From positions 1-59,862 of IMG/VR virus record IMGVR_UViG_3300028862_000314: DNA of 59,862 bases; one strand, written 5' to 3'. The position numbers and the translations under genes were made by a program. Positions 56,735 to 59,862 of this stretch are shown here, one piece after another. How positions within the stretch are numbered: position 1 is the stretch's first letter; each line of letters begins with the position of its first letter. This stretch comes from a virus. Lineage: Duplodnaviria > Caudoviricetes. The notes beneath the pieces are model-generated. The model saw only the letters and a program-made list of their open reading frames with translations, was not told where the DNA came from and made no database searches.

Positions 56735-57476
56735 ATTTTAATCCATTTATTACTCTATTTTCTAAGCAACTTCGAGATACGCTTTCATGTGAGATATTGT
56801 TGTCTTTAGATGCAGCGTTAAACGATGGGTATGTTTTTAGTATTATTCCAGTAATATCAATCAAGCTGCACCCGCTCCCCTTGGATCTGCTTATTGCTAA
56901 TCCCCTAGCTATTCTTTGTTCTTCCGGCATTTTTGAATATGCCTTTTTAATTTCCCTTCCTGCATTTATGTATTTATTCCTTTTTATATCCTCTGGAATT
57001 TGAGAATTAGTTAATTTTGCTTTTTCATATCTAGCATTAAATTCAACCTTGTTTTCTAGTTCATATTTCCTCCTAGAATCACTCATCTTTTTCCTACTCT
57101 GTAAAGAATATTTTTTACCTGTCTGTTTTATTGATAGTTTTAGTTTTGTTTCTTCGGAATGAACATATCCATTAAGACTATCGCCCCCAACCGTATAATT
57201 AACCAAGTCAAATCCCCAGCATTTTAGCTGTGAAATCCAATATATCTCCATAATTTCCCAACCGGCAGCATCTACTATGTCAATAATTTCAATTTTGGGT
57301 AACAACCCCTTGTTAATAATAGATTTAATCCAGCACGTTCTATGGTTTATTCTGGGGTCGCTTAAATGTTTACTATATCTTTTTAATAATGGCTGTATTG
57401 TTTTCCCAACATACCGTACCTGGTCCGTTTCGGGATCTGATAATGTATATATGGTTACATATTTAACATTAGCCAT
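56709..57476 (-). CDS. free-standing GIY-YIG homing endonuclease with NUMOD repeats
   Basis: IYTL...RYVGKT, R..H, E..WI, LVN.T.GG, HSEETK.K.S motifs. Confidence 0.8.
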   Translation of the reverse strand: MANVKYVTIYTLSDPETDQVRYVGKTIQPLLKRYSKHLSDPRINHRTCWIKSIINKGLLPKIEIIDIVDAAGWEIMEIYWISQLKCWGFDLVNYTVGGDSLNGYVHSEETKLKLSIKQTGKKYSLQSRKKMSDSRRKYELENKVEFNARYEKAKLTNSQIPEDIKRNKYINAGREIKKAYSKMPEEQRIARGLAISRSKGSGCSLIDITGIILKTYPSFNAASKDNNISHESVSRSCLENRVINGLKFELYGQHR

Positions 57477-57486
57477 GACGTATAAA

Positions 57487-57867
57487 TTAAAATGTTGGAT
57501 TGTATTTAAGAATGAACTCAAATACAGCGAATACGGTAGCTATCACGCTGAACATTGAAACGGCAATAGCTAGTGCTGCAACCTTCCAGCCTGTTATTCC
57601 TTTTCTTACAATTCTATCCTCCCACATCTTACTTATAAATTCCCTCTGAGGACAATCCGTTATAGTATGAGGAAGGTTCCTTTCGATAGTTGCTATTTGT
57701 TCAGTATGTTTCTTTTGTGTTCCGTTTGCATACTCCTGCAGTTTCTTAATGTCTGAAAGCTCTTTAAGTATAGCGTTATTCTCTAATGTTCTTATCTCTC
57801 CCAAATGCTCTTTGAGTTCATTTAGCATACGCTGAAATTCGTTTTTATCGGCTGCTGTCATTGTCAT
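57487..57867 (-). CDS. coiled-coil protein with C-terminal TM (holin/antiholin-like)
   Basis: Lysis cluster position and topology. Confidence 0.5.
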   Translation of the reverse strand: MTMTAADKNEFQRMLNELKEHLGEIRTLENNAILKELSDIKKLQEYANGTQKKHTEQIATIERNLPHTITDCPQREFISKMWEDRIVRKGITGWKVAALAIAVSMFSVIATVFAVFEFILKYNPTF

Positions 57868-57882
57868 ACGAGTATTGAGTGG

Positions 57883-58080
57883 TTATTTGGGTAATCCTGT
57901 TTTGTCTGCATCCTTTTGAAGTAATCCCCACAATGGTAAGACTATTGATAGCAGGGCAGCTAAGGCCACCGAGAAATCAGAAGCATTGTACTTACCCAAC
58001 AAAAAACCAACCAACACAGAAGCAAAAGCCAATCCTGCGACTATACCAAATACTGTTGTTTTCCAGCTTACGTTTTTCAT
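57883..58080 (-). CDS. putative holin
   Basis: 65 aa, two TMs, SWKTT..G start and charged tail. Confidence 0.65.
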   Translation of the reverse strand: MKNVSWKTTVFGIVAGLAFASVLVGFLLGKYNASDFSVALAALLSIVLPLWGLLQKDADKTGLPK

Positions 58081-58084
58081 TTTA

Positions 58085-58411
58085 CTAGGTATTACAAAGT
58101 GATCTTATCCGTTTTGATGATTTTGTCCTTAAATAACCATCCCTATTTATTGATGTTTGTGTTTTAGGTATGAACTCTATTCCCGTGTATCTCATCCCAG
58201 AATAAGCATTTGTCAATGCTAAGCTCTTATCCTGCTCCATTGGTAGATTTGGCGAAACGGACCCGTCTTTTAATACCCGGCCCCACCAATCACCCATACT
58301 CAAAACCGCTTCTTCTTCTACCCACCCTATCAATTTCCACCCGTTGCGTTGTTCCAATTCGATACGCTTCTGTTGTGTTTCTGGAATATGCAACGGTTCA
58401 TCTGCTTTCAT
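58085..58411 (-). CDS. hypothetical protein
   Basis: ORF coupled to neighbours. Confidence 0.45.
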   Translation of the reverse strand: MKADEPLHIPETQQKRIELEQRNGWKLIGWVEEEAVLSMGDWWGRVLKDGSVSPNLPMEQDKSLALTNAYSGMRYTGIEFIPKTQTSINRDGYLRTKSSKRIRSLCNT

Positions 58412-58731
58412 TTGTCAAATTTGATAAAAGGCAGTAGCTTACGAATCTGAATGTCAAACCAGGCAGTTTTACCTACATAGTACCAACGCTGACCGATAAC
58501 CAGGGCAATAATTACATTGTAAGGAATCCAGCAAACAAAACCGGCAACCAAAGCGAAATACCAATCAGAAGCAATAAATACAACTGCGACAAGTGGCAAC
58601 TTTACCAAAAACGCAACTATATGCCAGTATCTACTATATTTCTGATCGCCCGACAATTTCCATTTAATTACTAATCCGTTCCAAAGAGCGAAGAGAAGTA
58701 AGGAAATGAGTATTAAAATTGTCGTTGTCAT
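58408..58731 (-). CDS. membrane protein
   Basis: Several hydrophobic segments; YVGKTAWFD motif. Confidence 0.6.
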   Translation of the reverse strand: MTTTILILISLLLFALWNGLVIKWKLSGDQKYSRYWHIVAFLVKLPLVAVVFIASDWYFALVAGFVCWIPYNVIIALVIGQRWYYVGKTAWFDIQIRKLLPFIKFDK

Positions 58732-58768
58732 TGGTATGGTTTTTAGTTCTTAAAGTTGCAAATGTGAA

Positions 58769-58990
58769 CTATTTAACATCAAACAAATATTTATCTTCAT
58801 TCATTTCTATAATTTTGTTTAAAGCATTTTCCTTATCACAACGATCTACTTCTATGCAGTTAAATTTATTGATAGAGTTATTATCTTCTGTTATAGTTTC
58901 ACGATTATAACAGAAAAGATATTTACCGTTTCTTAAATCGTAAAATTCTGGCATTATAAAATCGCTTGATTGTTTCATTGCCTTATTCAT
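58769..58990 (-). CDS. hypothetical protein after tail gene
   Basis: ORF co-oriented with tail operon. Confidence 0.45.
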   Translation of the reverse strand: MNKAMKQSSDFIMPEFYDLRNGKYLFCYNRETITEDNNSINKFNCIEVDRCDKENALNKIIEMNEDKYLFDVK

Positions 58991-59026
58991 TTTTTTCGTG
59001 CGTGTTGCGTGTTGTTTCGTGTTGCG

Positions 59027-59862
59027 TTAATCGGCAAAGGTCAAGCCCAGCCTGGCGGAGACATAGCTACTCGCGAAGCCCGGAGCGCTATACCCGCTCA
59101 CGAGGCGCGGACCGGCATACGCCCCGTTAATCAAAAACCCACGGGACAGAACGATACGGACACCTGCGCTGCCTGAATGGTAGTAATAATCAGCCATATA
59201 AGTGACAGAGGAACCGCCAACAGTAAGCGGTAACATTGTGCCAGGAATAAGGCTTGTAACGTATCCGTCTACCATTGGCATTTCACCGACTTTTACAAAA
59301 TACGCGTCTTTGCACCTGTAAGCCTCAGCAATAGCAGAATAGTTAACAAGCAATCCCGGCAGCCATTGGTATAAGTGCCCGAAATAATCTTCAAACCCGG
59401 CAAATATCGCGCTCTGAGTTGCAAATGTTGACGCTAAAATTGTAAACGTTTGACCTATTGCAGTGAATATATCTGCGGAAATAGTGATCTGATCATTACT
59501 ATCTTTTGAAATTATTGTGGCGGTTGCGTTCGTAACCGTATTTTTTATTGTCATTCCGATAAACGCGGCATTCCATGCCGTTGCAAATCGCCCGGTATGG
59601 ATACATTTATTAGCTGACAGCGCCGAAACGGTTCCTTTGAACCAGTCTGTTACAATGAAAGGAATTGACCCGGTATAATCACCGTAGCTATTTGAAAGGC
59701 CATTGTTTTTTATGCCACCGTAACCCCGAAAGCTCCAGCCACCGTCATCATTTGTTGCTCCGGTTGAAATTGCCGTTTGAGCATTAAAATTAGCAGTATA
59801 CACCAGCTCCAATATTTGAAGCTGCAAGTCCTGAAATTCAGATACTGGGTTCCAGCCGGTAC
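59027..59862 (-). CDS. C-terminal part of tail/receptor-binding protein with C-type-lectin (Mtd/DGR-target-like) end
   Basis: Frame open to window end; G.E..FG..YQW..G and DYYY...R.VL..G....GA.AG...........P......SARL. Confidence 0.7.
   Translation of the reverse strand, partial: TGWNPVSEFQDLQLQILELVYTANFNAQTAISTGATNDDGGWSFRGYGGIKNNGLSNSYGDYTGSIPFIVTDWFKGTVSALSANKCIHTGRFATAWNAAFIGMTIKNTVTNATATIISKDSNDQITISADIFTAIGQTFTILASTFATQSAIFAGFEDYFGHLYQWLPGLLVNYSAIAEAYRCKDAYFVKVGEMPMVDGYVTSLIPGTMLPLTVGGSSVTYMADYYYHSGSAGVRIVLSRGFLINGAYAGPRLVSGYSAPGFASSYVSARLGLTFAD

Noticed and set aside
56709-57476. Group I intron around the GIY-YIG gene
   Set aside because: Flanking genes look intact and abut the ORF, leaving no room for intron core structure.
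58991-59862. Complete diversity-generating retroelement
   Set aside because: No reverse transcriptase ORF or template repeat found in the window.
1-59862. Alternative genetic code (stop-codon reassignment)
   Set aside because: Standard code gives dense, full-length genes including 4100 aa, and no suppressor tRNA was seen.

Overview
The window is a near-complete ~59.9-kb genome of a temperate, podovirus-like tailed phage, most likely of a Bacteroidota host (TAnnTTTG -7 promoter elements, Bacteroidota-type integrase). It appears to be in excised/circular form: the two window ends fall in the same tail gene, and an attP-like 5' half of tRNA-Lys(CTT) lies internally next to the integrase. Modules: virion genes (major capsid, scaffold, portal, tail proteins, a 4100-aa DarB-like polyvalent ejection protein), an intein-containing terminase, RecT/Rad50-like/MBL recombination genes, a replication initiator with iterons, a CI/Cro switch, an initiator-like tRNA-Met, integrase/attP, and lysis genes. 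The standout is an integron-like cassette array at 36120-41085. It has nine cassettes bounded by attC-like AAC...CGTT fold-back sites beside a tyrosine recombinase that lacks the IntI-specific insertion. Each cassette's two ends are mutually complementary. Most sites carry two conserved G.T wobbles on the bottom strand. Each cassette holds one gene, antisense to the canonical integron orientation, and in four cassettes the whole gene sits inside the attC loop. All protein calls come from motif recognition by eye; no database searches were run.
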